A stretch of DNA of 64,000 nucleotides, from NCBI GenBank assembly GCA_963666055.2, contig CAXWPH010000015.1, forward strand, positions 864,001-928,000, written 5' to 3'. Both the position numbers and the translations under genes were made by a program. Below, piece by piece: positions 38,831 to 48,425 of the stretch. The DNA comes from Acidobacteriota bacterium (GTDB taxonomy: Bacteria; Acidobacteriota; UBA890; WLXD01). How positions within the stretch are numbered: the stretch's first letter is position 1; each line of letters starts with the position of its first letter. The notes beneath the pieces were generated by a model. It did not search any database. It had not been told where the DNA came from and saw only the letters and a list, made by a program, of their open reading frames with translations.

Positions 38831-40795
38831 CTAGCGCACGAGCGTGCCGAGCAACCTATTGACCGCCGCTATCGTGCCTTCCGGACCGGAGAGCCCCTGG
38901 CATTCGCTACAGTCCCATACCTTGGCCATGCGAATCGAGATCAGACCCTGCGGGTACATGATTACCTGGTTGGAGCCGGCGCCGAAGGCGCCCGGCAAGT
39001 AAACGACCGCGCCGCCATCGAGATCGACATGCGGCGTGAGATGGAAACCCATCTTGTAGAGTCCCTCGCCGGCTGCCAGCGGCACTGGCGCGCGTCGGCC
39101 GAATGCGGCAGCGACGGAGAGATCCGTTTCCTTGGTGATCGCGCCCTCGGTGCTGAAGATCTGGGCGGCCAGCCCCCGGTGCAGGAGTTGCTCGCCGTCG
39201 TGTTGGCCGAGGTTCTGGTACAGGGTGAAAATCTTGGCCACGTCGTCGAGGGTCACGTAGATGCCGGCATGAAACCAGGGCAGACCTAACTCTCCATCGG
39301 CCTCGCGCGTCCTTACGATCGGCGCGTGATGGATGCCGATGGGTGCGAGGACCTCCTCCTCGAGCATCTCCCAGATGTCGGCGTCCGGGCCCCTGACCGA
39401 CCTCAGGAACCCGTCGGTCGCAGCGCCGAGCAGGTGAAAGTCGCGATCGCGATAGCGCATGACGATCCCCGCTCCCCAGGGATACGGCGAGCCGTTCTCG
39501 GTGATGCTGGCGATCTTCTCGGCGTTCGAAAACGCGCCGTTGTACCAATCGTCATAGGTGTCGTCGACGTAGCCATCGCCGGTGCTGTTAGGACTGGTAA
39601 CTGAGCTTCCATGGCCACCCATGCCAGTGGCCATGTTGGCGGCGTCGATGAAGCGCACGTCGTCGTACTCGGGATCCAGCCCGGCGACGTAGTCGCCGAT
39701 CTTCAGGTCGAGCACGTAGGGACCGTAGACTTGCGCCAGACGACCGAGCGCCAGGGGCACCGTAACCGACTTGGCCACCGATCGCGGCCCGAACCGCATC
39801 TCCTGCGGATACGGATAGGGCCCGTAGGGGGTCTGCGATCCCTGGTGGTAGACAACGCCGTCGCGGACCAGGGCCTTGGCGACCACATAGTTGTCCGGAA
39901 GCGGGCCGCCAAAACCCTCGAGCGTTGCTTCTGGCAAACCCTCGTCCGCCAACGCCGTCACCAACTCGCCCCAGGGTCGCAGCGGCAACCTCGCCGCCAA
40001 CTCTGAATCGACCCGGGCTCGCCGGGCCTCGAGATTGCCGAATGCCCCCGCTTCGAACGACGCTTTCGCCGCGCCCCAGGCGACGAAGTGCACCGGAATG
40101 TTAAATGGCGCCGTCTGCTGGACAAACTGAAACCGCAGATCGGTGACCTCGCCACCGGCGTATAGAAAACTCGCGAGGCCTTGATGGGCGTGATTCTCCA
40201 TGTCATGTACCAGCATCAGGGCGAAGGCGGCGCGCGACCAGTCGCCATCGCCGGGCTGTCGCCACACACGCCCGTACTGCGGGATCACGTGCCAGTAGCT
40301 CCGGCTACCACCGGTGCGTTCGTCTCCAAGCATTTCGCCGATCTGAATCGCGGCGAGAACTTCGCCGGCGGTGAACAAGTCCAGAGTGAACGCGGGCAAC
40401 AGGCGCTTGTCGTGGCCACCCCGGCACGACCCGCCCAGCTCGACCGCCGAGCCATCGCACACCGGCTGCGGGATCTCGGGTTCAAACAGCATCCGCGTCT
40501 GCTCGATGGCAAGCCGCACAGCAAGCGCCGGAGCCGGTGTGGCGTCGCTGGGGGGATAGAAGCCGGCGTTGTCGACCGGAGCTGCCAGATCGCTGCCGGA
40601 GAGCATCATGTCGAGCGGCAACGGCGTCGAATCAGAAGAGATTTGCACGGTGCTCGATGACGGCTCGTCTACCCCAGCATCGGTCACCGCCCGCACACCG
40701 GGTCCGTCTGCCGGGCCACACGCACCGACAACGGCGACGGCCAGTAGCCAGCGCAGCCTCGCGAAGTCTCTGGCGTCGGCCGCGGGGTTCTTCAT
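38831..40795 (-). CDS. Serine hydrolase (beta-lactamase/AmpC-like), lipoprotein
   Basis: SVAK (SxxK), NMATG, YRDRD; lipobox VVGAC. Confidence 0.82.
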   Translation of the reverse strand: MKNPAADARDFARLRWLLAVAVVGACGPADGPGVRAVTDAGVDEPSSSTVQISSDSTPLPLDMMLSGSDLAAPVDNAGFYPPSDATPAPALAVRLAIEQTRMLFEPEIPQPVCDGSAVELGGSCRGGHDKRLLPAFTLDLFTAGEVLAAIQIGEMLGDERTGGSRSYWHVIPQYGRVWRQPGDGDWSRAAFALMLVHDMENHAHQGLASFLYAGGEVTDLRFQFVQQTAPFNIPVHFVAWGAAKASFEAGAFGNLEARRARVDSELAARLPLRPWGELVTALADEGLPEATLEGFGGPLPDNYVVAKALVRDGVVYHQGSQTPYGPYPYPQEMRFGPRSVAKSVTVPLALGRLAQVYGPYVLDLKIGDYVAGLDPEYDDVRFIDAANMATGMGGHGSSVTSPNSTGDGYVDDTYDDWYNGAFSNAEKIASITENGSPYPWGAGIVMRYRDRDFHLLGAATDGFLRSVRGPDADIWEMLEEEVLAPIGIHHAPIVRTREADGELGLPWFHAGIYVTLDDVAKIFTLYQNLGQHDGEQLLHRGLAAQIFSTEGAITKETDLSVAAAFGRRAPVPLAAGEGLYKMGFHLTPHVDLDGGAVVYLPGAFGAGSNQVIMYPQGLISIRMAKVWDCSECQGLSGPEGTIAAVNRLLGTLVR

Positions 40796-40956
40796 GGATG
40801 CCCTCTCACCTATGTTCGAACTTCTTGATGCTGCCGTAGCAGTCTGATGCAAATCAGATTGGAGCGACAGGGGCATGATCAGCCCGCCGCCCCGAGGAAT
40901 CGGAGGGGGAACCTGACGTAGGCGAGAAGTCCTTTGACCACAGGAGGTTGGAGAGA

Positions 40957-40997
40957 GTGGGCGCACCGGGATTCGAACCTGGGACTTCCACCGTGTG
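40957..40997 (-). other. 3' half of tRNA-Val(CAC), att-like remnant 2
   Basis: Same 39-bp block as 38619; followed by palindrome ctatctctaatgattagaggtag and repeats ttatccac/ttacccac. Confidence 0.9.
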
Positions 40998-41162
40998 GGA
41001 CAAGGACGTGTTTGCCGTCGATAGCTATCTCTAATGATTAGAGGTAGTTACGTCATCGGTCATTAGCGGTTGTTGGCCGCAATTAGCCCCTTTTCACAGC
41101 CAATTATCCACGGATTACCCACAAGATCGGGCGTTCGGTTGTGCGCCGGCCAGGTCAGGCGG

Positions 41163-41228
41163 CTACGGGTCCATCGGCACGAGCCGCTTCAGCTCGTCGA
41201 ACCAGTTGAGAGCGACGTGGATCTGCGT
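41163..41228 (-). pseudogene. C-terminal remnant of Ser/Thr kinase-TolB-type protein
   Basis: TQIHVALNWFDELKRLVPMDP*. Confidence 0.7.
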
Positions 41229-41380
41229 TACATGGTCCAGAACTGCACGTTACGCAGCATCTCGGCATCACCACCATGCGGGGTGCGGCCTCAGCGCTCG
41301 GCCTGGACATAGTGGCGACGCTGTGCTTGCATCGAGCGCTATCTACAAGGGCGTGTTTGCCAACATCGGATAGGTGTGTC

Positions 41381-43456
41381 ATGAACAAGAAGAAGCGTGA
41401 TCGCGCACTCGGCATGGATGCAGAAATCTCACGGCGGGATTTCCTGGACGGCGTGGCCGTGACCGTCGGGGGGACGATGGTGGTCTCCACTCTGGCAGGC
41501 GGCACCCCCGTACAGGCGCAGACGGCATCCCCGCCACCGCCGATGTCCGCTCCGCAAGCCGCACCTTCGGATTACCCACCCATGATCCAAGGGCTCCGCG
41601 GGCAAACTGACGCGGCCATGAATGCGGGGCATGCCGTCCGCGACGGGACAGCGTTCAGCGCCCCGGTCGATACCGGCGAGTTCTACGACCTGGTTGTCGT
41701 GGGTGCCGGCATGGCCGGACTTGGCGCCGCCTATTTCTATCGGAAGCAGATCCCGCATTCGAAGGTCTTGCTGATCGATGGGTGCGAAGATTTCGGGGGC
41801 CACGCCGTGCGCAACGAATTCATGGTGGACGGCACGCGCCTGATTGCGGGCGGCGGCACCGCCGCCCTCTGGCGTCCGAATACGTTTACGCCCGAGGCGC
41901 AGGAGCTGATGCGCGATATCGGGATCGACCGCGCGCACCATGATAGAGAAGTGGCCAACAACCCGAACGCGCCGCGAGAGTTGGGTCTCCGGCGAGCGGT
42001 GTTCTTCGACAAGGAGTCCTCTGGTGAGGACCGGCTCGTTATGGACCCACCGCCCGAATTGGGCCTCCGGGGCCGCAGGGGCGAGGAAGGGACGACGAGT
42101 GCTCAGTTCGCCGAATTCTTTGCCCAGACGCCGTATTCAGCCGGCACCCGAGAGGGCTTGTTGAAGCTGTTCACCGAGCACCGTGATTGGATGCCCGGGG
42201 TCCCGACCGCGGAGAAAGTCGAGCAACTCAAGAAGATGAGCTACATCGACTTTGTGAGCAACGTCGTCAAGATCCATCCCGACGCGGTAGCCCATGTCCT
42301 CTCGGTGGGCGGCACGGGCGGGACCAACCAGACCGCCGGTCCGGACACCTATAGCGCCTGGTATGCCTGGCGGAAGGGCGCACCCGGCTTCAACGCGATG
42401 GCTCTCCCGCCCGCCTCGCAGTTGTCCAACCTGGTCAAAGACCCGGGGCGGAACATCGCCTGGCCCGACGACGCGACCACCGCGGCGCGGCTCTTGGTCC
42501 GGTGGCTGATACCGGACGCCTTGCCAGGCCGCACGGCGGATGATTCGGTCTTGCAGCATATCGATTACGCCGCCTTGGACCGTCCGACGAGCGATGTGCG
42601 CATCCGCCTTTCAAGCATGGTCATCCGCGCCAAGCACCTGGGCGACCCGCTGACCGCGAAGGAAGTCGAGGTGACCTATCTGCGTGACGGCCAACCCCAC
42701 ACCGTCCGTGCGCGCGGCGTCGTGATGGCCTGCTTCAACGCCATCATTCCCTACCTGGTGCCGGACCTGCCGGAGTCCCAGAAGGCTGCGCTACATATGG
42801 CGGTGCGGAAGCCGCTCGTCGCGACCAATGTGGCCATCCGTAACTGGCGTGCGTTCCAGAAGCTGGGCGTCTCTTCGATCAACTGCCCAGGCATGTTCTG
42901 GGCGTCGATCGGGCTCGCCGTCCCAGCGGCCATCGGCGGGTATCAGAACGCGTCCACGCCGGACGAGCCGATTGTCGTCCGGATGTCCCTCACCGCTCGC
43001 ATCCTGGAGAAGGCGGGCTCCGGGCTCTCGCCGCGCGAACAATGGAAGGCCAGCCGTACCGAGCTGCAGGAGATCACCTTCGAAACATTCGAGCGCAACA
43101 TCCGCGAACAGCTCGATCGCGTCCTGGGACCTGGCGGCTTTGACGCAAAGCGTGATGTCGCGGGTATCATCATCAACCGCTGGAGTCATGCCTACGCCCC
43201 CGGGTCGAATGAGCTGTACGATCCCGACTGGTCACACCGGATGGATGCTCCATGGGTGGTCGGGCGTCAGCAATTCGGTCGGATTACGATCTCGAACTCG
43301 GATGCCGCGTGGGTTTCGCTCACGAACGCGGCGTGGCAGCAAAGCCACCGCGCCGTGAACGAGCTCATCTGCAACGTGGTTCGGCCGGTGTTCGATTGGC
43401 AGTGGTCCGAAAGTATGCACGCCGGCGAACCCGGCGACTATCCGAACAACTTCTAG
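41381..43456 (+). CDS. Second SpdH-like FAD oxidoreductase, Tat-exported
   Basis: ISRRDFL, VVGAGMAG, GGHAVRNE, NRWSHAY, ISNSDA; paralog of 34338. Confidence 0.88.
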   Translation: MNKKKRDRALGMDAEISRRDFLDGVAVTVGGTMVVSTLAGGTPVQAQTASPPPPMSAPQAAPSDYPPMIQGLRGQTDAAMNAGHAVRDGTAFSAPVDTGEFYDLVVVGAGMAGLGAAYFYRKQIPHSKVLLIDGCEDFGGHAVRNEFMVDGTRLIAGGGTAALWRPNTFTPEAQELMRDIGIDRAHHDREVANNPNAPRELGLRRAVFFDKESSGEDRLVMDPPPELGLRGRRGEEGTTSAQFAEFFAQTPYSAGTREGLLKLFTEHRDWMPGVPTAEKVEQLKKMSYIDFVSNVVKIHPDAVAHVLSVGGTGGTNQTAGPDTYSAWYAWRKGAPGFNAMALPPASQLSNLVKDPGRNIAWPDDATTAARLLVRWLIPDALPGRTADDSVLQHIDYAALDRPTSDVRIRLSSMVIRAKHLGDPLTAKEVEVTYLRDGQPHTVRARGVVMACFNAIIPYLVPDLPESQKAALHMAVRKPLVATNVAIRNWRAFQKLGVSSINCPGMFWASIGLAVPAAIGGYQNASTPDEPIVVRMSLTARILEKAGSGLSPREQWKASRTELQEITFETFERNIREQLDRVLGPGGFDAKRDVAGIIINRWSHAYAPGSNELYDPDWSHRMDAPWVVGRQQFGRITISNSDAAWVSLTNAAWQQSHRAVNELICNVVRPVFDWQWSESMHAGEPGDYPNNF

Positions 43457-43469
43457 GGCTCACGGCGAG

Positions 43470-43580
43470 CTTGAGGTCATCGGCCAGGTAGGCCGTTGCC
43501 ATGCCGCCCTCGCCCAGCTCACGCTCAATGGCGTAGCGGCCTTCGAGGGCTGCGTTGAGGCGGGTGACGGGATCGGACAT
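43470..43580 (-). pseudogene. N-terminal remnant of Ser/Thr protein kinase
   Basis: MSDPVTRLNAALEGRYAIERELGEGGMATAYLADDLK (Gly loop) then breaks; RBS ggag. Confidence 0.85.
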
Positions 43581-43791
43581 ATGCGCACTCCAGGATCAGA
43601 CTGCGCTCAACATCCGAGAGCGGGCCGGTAGGCGCAAGCAGAAGCCCGTCAGACGCTGAGAAGCTCGCCTGTTACGAGTTGCTCGTGCCTTTCTAGGCCG
43701 TCCTCAAAATTTGGTGCGTACGCCTGAGCAGGAGTCACACGCGTATATACAGGCCCCTCTTGGGGGGAACCCGCCTTTCGAGGAGAGCGGG

Positions 43792-44988
43792 TCATAATCT
43801 ACCCAAGCCAAATTGGTCACCTGCCTTGGTTACTTTGCCGTCTTGCATATGTATCTCAATCATCTTTTCGCTGCAAACGGTGTTGTAATTTTCATCTTTC
43901 AACAAGTACAAAATTCTCCGTGTCTTGGTATGAATCACTTCGCCACTAGATGCATAGGCATACTGACCATCTATACTAAAAGTGACCCAACCCGGCATAT
44001 CACGTAGTGCAATGGTGGTGAGCTGTTGATAAGGGGCTTCTCCGCTAAAGACATGCATTCGCATATTATGGCCATCGCTAATCCATATCTCTTTTTCATC
44101 TGGGGTCAAAGCTATACCGTGACTTGGATTTTCATGTCGTTGTACGGGACCTTTGTCCCAACCCTGGACCTGAACACTCGCTACCTTTTCTCCTGTTTTC
44201 AAATCACCCACTTCAAATCCCAGTAAATCATCAACGTTCACAAACACAAGCGACTCGTCGCTCTTGATGGTAAACGGTCGCACAGGCCCACTAAAAAGGC
44301 CTATTTTCTGTACGACTGTGTGCGTTTTGGTATCTGCAACGTACAACCAGGGAGATTTATAATCCGCCATATATGCTCGATTTCCTGAAGGACCGTAAAT
44401 CGTGTTGTGTGCACTGGTATCTACTACGATCTTGGCAATGACATCACCGGTTTCGGTATTCACGACATTCCAAAACTCTTTTTCTAAGGATGGCAAATAC
44501 ATGGTCATCCCATCAGGTGAAATTGACATACGGTCACAGCCGCCCTCAAAAGCGATGTCCCACAGCACCTCTTCCGTACTCAGATCTATTCGCTGCATAC
44601 CTTCCAAGGTGGTGATATAGACACTGTTGAGCGGCACACTGACATCAATGCCCTTGACATTTGACGGGCTGCCATCTTCATGGAACCCCCTAGTGCTAAT
44701 TCGTTTTACAAAGTTGTGATTGTTGTCTATATCAAAAACCAGCAATCCGTGACCCCCATAGCCCAAATAATCTCTGATACCAGGAGTCGCTACATACAGG
44801 TAGTGGCCGGTACCCCCTGTTGCCACAGGTTCATCTATGGGTGGAGGACTTGGTATCATCGAAGCGGTGCTAGCGGCCGCGGCTCCCGGCGCGAGGACCG
44901 TTCCCGCGATCGCGATGCTCGCCCCGTTCAGCAAGTCGCGACGGTTGATCTCCCGGTCCATGCCCAGCTCGCGGTCGCTCTTCTTCAT
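43792..44988 (-). CDS. YncE/YVTN-like beta-propeller with SpdH-type Tat leader (chimeric)
   Basis: LYVATPGIR..GGHGLLVFD, GCDRM, PSHGIALTPDE; AT-rich body, GC-rich leader. Confidence 0.82.
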   Translation of the reverse strand: MKKSDRELGMDREINRRDLLNGASIAIAGTVLAPGAAAASTASMIPSPPPIDEPVATGGTGHYLYVATPGIRDYLGYGGHGLLVFDIDNNHNFVKRISTRGFHEDGSPSNVKGIDVSVPLNSVYITTLEGMQRIDLSTEEVLWDIAFEGGCDRMSISPDGMTMYLPSLEKEFWNVVNTETGDVIAKIVVDTSAHNTIYGPSGNRAYMADYKSPWLYVADTKTHTVVQKIGLFSGPVRPFTIKSDESLVFVNVDDLLGFEVGDLKTGEKVASVQVQGWDKGPVQRHENPSHGIALTPDEKEIWISDGHNMRMHVFSGEAPYQQLTTIALRDMPGWVTFSIDGQYAYASSGEVIHTKTRRILYLLKDENYNTVCSEKMIEIHMQDGKVTKAGDQFGLGRL

Positions 44989-45162
44989 TCTCAGGTCTCC
45001 TCGAGGATCGAAGTGTAGGCCCCGGAATCCAGTTCCATTTCTTCAAGCTCTGATGATAGATGGCACGCGTCCTAAGCACCATCACCCAAACAATGTTCAC
45101 TGATCACTAAATCCAACCCCCAAAACACTCGCGTGCCAGAGCCAACAGCGGCGGTCCAACGC

Positions 45163-45381
45163 TCACCGCGGTCTCCTCATTCGCCGCACCTTGCCACGCT
45201 TGATGCCGAGCGACGGCACTGTTCGCTGCACCTGCTCCGACCTCCATCGTGCGACCAAGTGCTTGTAGTTCTCCTCGATCATCTTGGTATCGGAATGACC
45301 GAGCTGTTCGGCCAAGTCCGTCGGCGATCCGCGGTTCATGAGGTAGGCGCTCGCATAGTGGCTTCGGAACTGATGGACCAG
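45163..45381 (-). pseudogene. Tyrosine integrase C-terminal remnant
   Basis: HQFRSHYASAYL..LAEQLGHSDTKMIEENYKHL (HxxR, LGH, catalytic Y); not in ORF track. Confidence 0.75.
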
Positions 45382-45465
45382 GCCTTCCTGCTGATCTGGT
45401 TATTTTTTTCCGCGGCCATCATCGCCCACGGCGCCTGGGGCCTGCTCAAGGACTAGTCGAGCGCG

Positions 45466-47130
45466 TCACCGAACCGTTACCGCCTCGCTTGGCGCGTAGC
45501 CCAGACGATGTGCCACGGCGTGCAGCTGGTGCCCGGCCGGCAGCGTTACCGGTTCCGTGTAGACGTGCCACTGCGTCCCCGGCATGCCGCCCTCGGCCAC
45601 CACCTGGTATCCGATGGAGGCGCCTTCAGTAGCGGAGTGGATCGTGATCTCATTGCCGTCGCGTTGGATTCTCGGAGCCATCGTCGGGGGCTGTTGTCGG
45701 CCCGGCCAGAACTGCTCCAGCAAGTCGGCTTCGGGGATGAGGCCCTTGTCGTCGGTGGCTTCCATCCAGCGGTCGAGCTCGGCCCGGAGGTCGGCGAGCT
45801 TGGGGGCGTAGGTCGGGTCAGCGGCAAGGTTACGGAGCTCGTGAGGGTCGGCGGCAGTATCGAACAGCTCTTCGCGCGGCTTGGACGGGCGGAACCACTG
45901 CGCCTGGTATTCATCGAGGCCGCCGGCATCGCGCAGTCGTAGCAGCTCCTGCATCGTCGCCATCTGCTCGCGGTAGGTCACCGCCAGGTAGTAGCCGCGC
46001 TCGGGCTGGAAGTTACGCAAGTACTTGAACTGGCTGTCGCGCACGGCGCGGATCGTGTCGTATTCGGTGTCGAGGCGATCGGCGGCGGCGTGGACGTAGC
46101 GGCGGGGCTCGGCGGCGCGCGCGGCACCGAGGAACGCTCTGCCCTCGACGTAGCCGGGCACCTCGATGCCGGCCAGGGAGAACGTGGTCGGGGCGAAGTC
46201 GACGAAGCTGACCAGCTGATCGTCGACAGCGCCGCCGTACTGGGCATCGGGAAAGCGGATGATCATCGGAACATGTAGGCCCGAGTCGTAGAGCAGGCGC
46301 TTCTGACGCGGCAATGGGCCACCATGGTCGGCGTACCAGACCACGATGGTGCGCTCGAGCAAACCGTCGGATTCCAGCTCGGCGAGGATCTGCCCGACCT
46401 GTTCGTCCATCTCGACGACGTTCGAGTACATCCGCAGCACATCACCGCGGACAGCGTCGGTGCGGGGCAGGTAGGGCGGGATGGGCACGTCCAGGTCGGC
46501 GTCCACCCGTAACGGATCGTCAGCCTTGGCCCAGATCTGCGACTCGTGCGTGACGCCGAAGTTGAAAACCGAGAAGAACGGAGCTCCCGACGGGCGATCG
46601 CGCCAGTGGGCCTCGCCGCTGCTCGCGTCCCAGGCGGTCACCGGCGCGGTGAGCTGGTAATCGTGCTTGGCGTTGTTGGAGGTGTAGTAGCCGTTGCGCC
46701 GCAGCACCTCGCTCATCATCCGGACCTGCGGAGGCGGCACGGTCTCATAGGGGAGGAGGCCGATGGCGTCCATGTACGCCTGCCGCGAGCTCGTACGCAT
46801 GTTGTGGGCGCCAGCGCTGGTGGTGTAGACGCCCGTCGCCAGTGAAAACCGGCTAGGTGCGCAGACACCAGAGACCGAGAACACATTCCTGTAACGCACC
46901 CCTTCGCGTGCCAGCCGATCCAGGTGGGGCGTCTTCACGGTGGAATCGCCGAAGGCGGCAAGGTAGGGGCTCATGTCCTCGGCCACGAGCCATAAGAAGT
47001 TGGGGCGGGACGCCTGGTCGAGGCTTGGATAGCCCACCGGCGGGTCGGACAGCGGGGGCTCTGACCGCTGCGTGTCACACCCGGCGCCGACGAGCAGCAG
47101 GGTCAGGATGACGGCGGCGAGGTTCTTCAT
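45466..47130 (-). CDS. Sulfatase (lipoprotein)
   Basis: PNFLWLVAED, CAPSR, DHG, KRLLYDSG; lipobox GAGC. Confidence 0.92.
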   Translation of the reverse strand: MKNLAAVILTLLLVGAGCDTQRSEPPLSDPPVGYPSLDQASRPNFLWLVAEDMSPYLAAFGDSTVKTPHLDRLAREGVRYRNVFSVSGVCAPSRFSLATGVYTTSAGAHNMRTSSRQAYMDAIGLLPYETVPPPQVRMMSEVLRRNGYYTSNNAKHDYQLTAPVTAWDASSGEAHWRDRPSGAPFFSVFNFGVTHESQIWAKADDPLRVDADLDVPIPPYLPRTDAVRGDVLRMYSNVVEMDEQVGQILAELESDGLLERTIVVWYADHGGPLPRQKRLLYDSGLHVPMIIRFPDAQYGGAVDDQLVSFVDFAPTTFSLAGIEVPGYVEGRAFLGAARAAEPRRYVHAAADRLDTEYDTIRAVRDSQFKYLRNFQPERGYYLAVTYREQMATMQELLRLRDAGGLDEYQAQWFRPSKPREELFDTAADPHELRNLAADPTYAPKLADLRAELDRWMEATDDKGLIPEADLLEQFWPGRQQPPTMAPRIQRDGNEITIHSATEGASIGYQVVAEGGMPGTQWHVYTEPVTLPAGHQLHAVAHRLGYAPSEAVTVR

Positions 47131-47177
47131 CGCGCTCCCGTATGACGGTGTGTAGCCCCGTGCTGATTTCGAGTTAA

Positions 47178-48346
47178 GGAAGGTCTGATCAATTGGCCGT
47201 CAGTCAGGATGGAGCCTGATTGGAGGAACTGGTCGGCATAAGGGTGGGAATGCAGTCGCCCTCCGAGCTGCTGCCGACGGGTTCAACCGCGACGGCGGCC
47301 TCTCAGGGTGCCTGTTTCAGGTGTGCGCGAGCAGCACCTTGCGTGCCATGAATAGGTTGGCCAACGCGCAGGTCACGAAGAGCCGGTGCGCGTTCTTGTG
47401 GAGCCCTCGGTATCGGACCTTTCTGAAGCCGAAGATGCGCTTGATCACCAGCATCGGGTGCTCGACTTTGGCCCGCACCTTCGACTTGGTGCGGTTTCGA
47501 GCTCGGTCTCGCTCGGTCAGTGGCCGGTGACGGTGCCCTTTCTTGTTGGTGAAGTCCTTGGCACCGGGAGCACACCGGACAATGACCTCCCGTCGGCCCG
47601 TATAAGCGCTGTCTCCCCACACCCGCGTCTCCTGCCCATGCAGCAGATCCTCTAGCACCTGGCTGTCATGGACATTGGCGGCGGTGGCCACGACCGAGTG
47701 AATGAGCTTGGATTTGCTGTCCACACCGAAGTGTCCCTTCATCCCGAAGTACCATTGGTTGCCCTTCTTGGTCGAGCGCATCTCCGGATCCCGCTGCTTG
47801 GCCTTGTTCTTGGTCGATGACGGGGCGGTGATGATCGTCGCGTCGACGATGGTGCCCGTGCTGACCTTCAGCCCCCGCCCCTGCAGGTGCTCGGCAACGA
47901 TGTGGAACACCTGCACGCCCAGCTCGTGGGTCTCCAGAAGGTGCCGGAACTTGCACACCGTCGTCTCGTCCGGCGCCGGCTCCCGTCCCAGATCGATCCC
48001 CACGAAGGCACGCATCGCCCGCGAGTCGTACAGCGCCTCCTCCACCCCCGGGTCCGACAGGTTGAACCACTGCTGCATGAAGTAGATGCGCAGCATCCTC
48101 TCCAGCCCGACTGGGCGCCGTCCCGCTCCCTTCGGCTTCGGATACACCGGCTCGATCAAAGCGCACAGCTGGGCCCACGGCACCACCTGATCCATCTCTG
48201 CCAGGAACCGCTCCCGGCGGGTCACCTTCCGGTACTGCTCAAAGGACCCTTCGGCAAGCGTCTGCTGGCGCATTCCCTTCTCCCTCTGGCGGCGTGATCG
48301 GATCCGCGTGCATTATCCCATCGAACCCGAATTGATCAGAGGTTCC
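47178..48346 (-). mobile_element. IS5-family insertion sequence, complete
   Basis: TIRs ggaaggtctgatcaatt / aattgatcagaggttcc (15/17); TTAA duplicated on both sides. Confidence 0.93.
47317..48273 (-). CDS. IS5-family transposase
   Basis: PDETT..FRH, IVDAT, KKGNQWYFGMK, GDSAY, RAKVEHP. Confidence 0.95.
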   Translation of the reverse strand: MRQQTLAEGSFEQYRKVTRRERFLAEMDQVVPWAQLCALIEPVYPKPKGAGRRPVGLERMLRIYFMQQWFNLSDPGVEEALYDSRAMRAFVGIDLGREPAPDETTVCKFRHLLETHELGVQVFHIVAEHLQGRGLKVSTGTIVDATIITAPSSTKNKAKQRDPEMRSTKKGNQWYFGMKGHFGVDSKSKLIHSVVATAANVHDSQVLEDLLHGQETRVWGDSAYTGRREVIVRCAPGAKDFTNKKGHRHRPLTERDRARNRTKSKVRAKVEHPMLVIKRIFGFRKVRYRGLHKNAHRLFVTCALANLFMARKVLLAHT

Positions 48347-48425
48347 TTAACTTGACAGTACCCCCCCCGGCTCATCGCGCCGAGGGACTTGCTCCATCTC
48401 CCGTTCAGTTTCATGTCCGGAACGC

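Noticed and set aside
34209-40997. Functional or split tRNA genes
   Set aside because: Only 3' halves are present, with no D arms or 5' acceptor strands nearby
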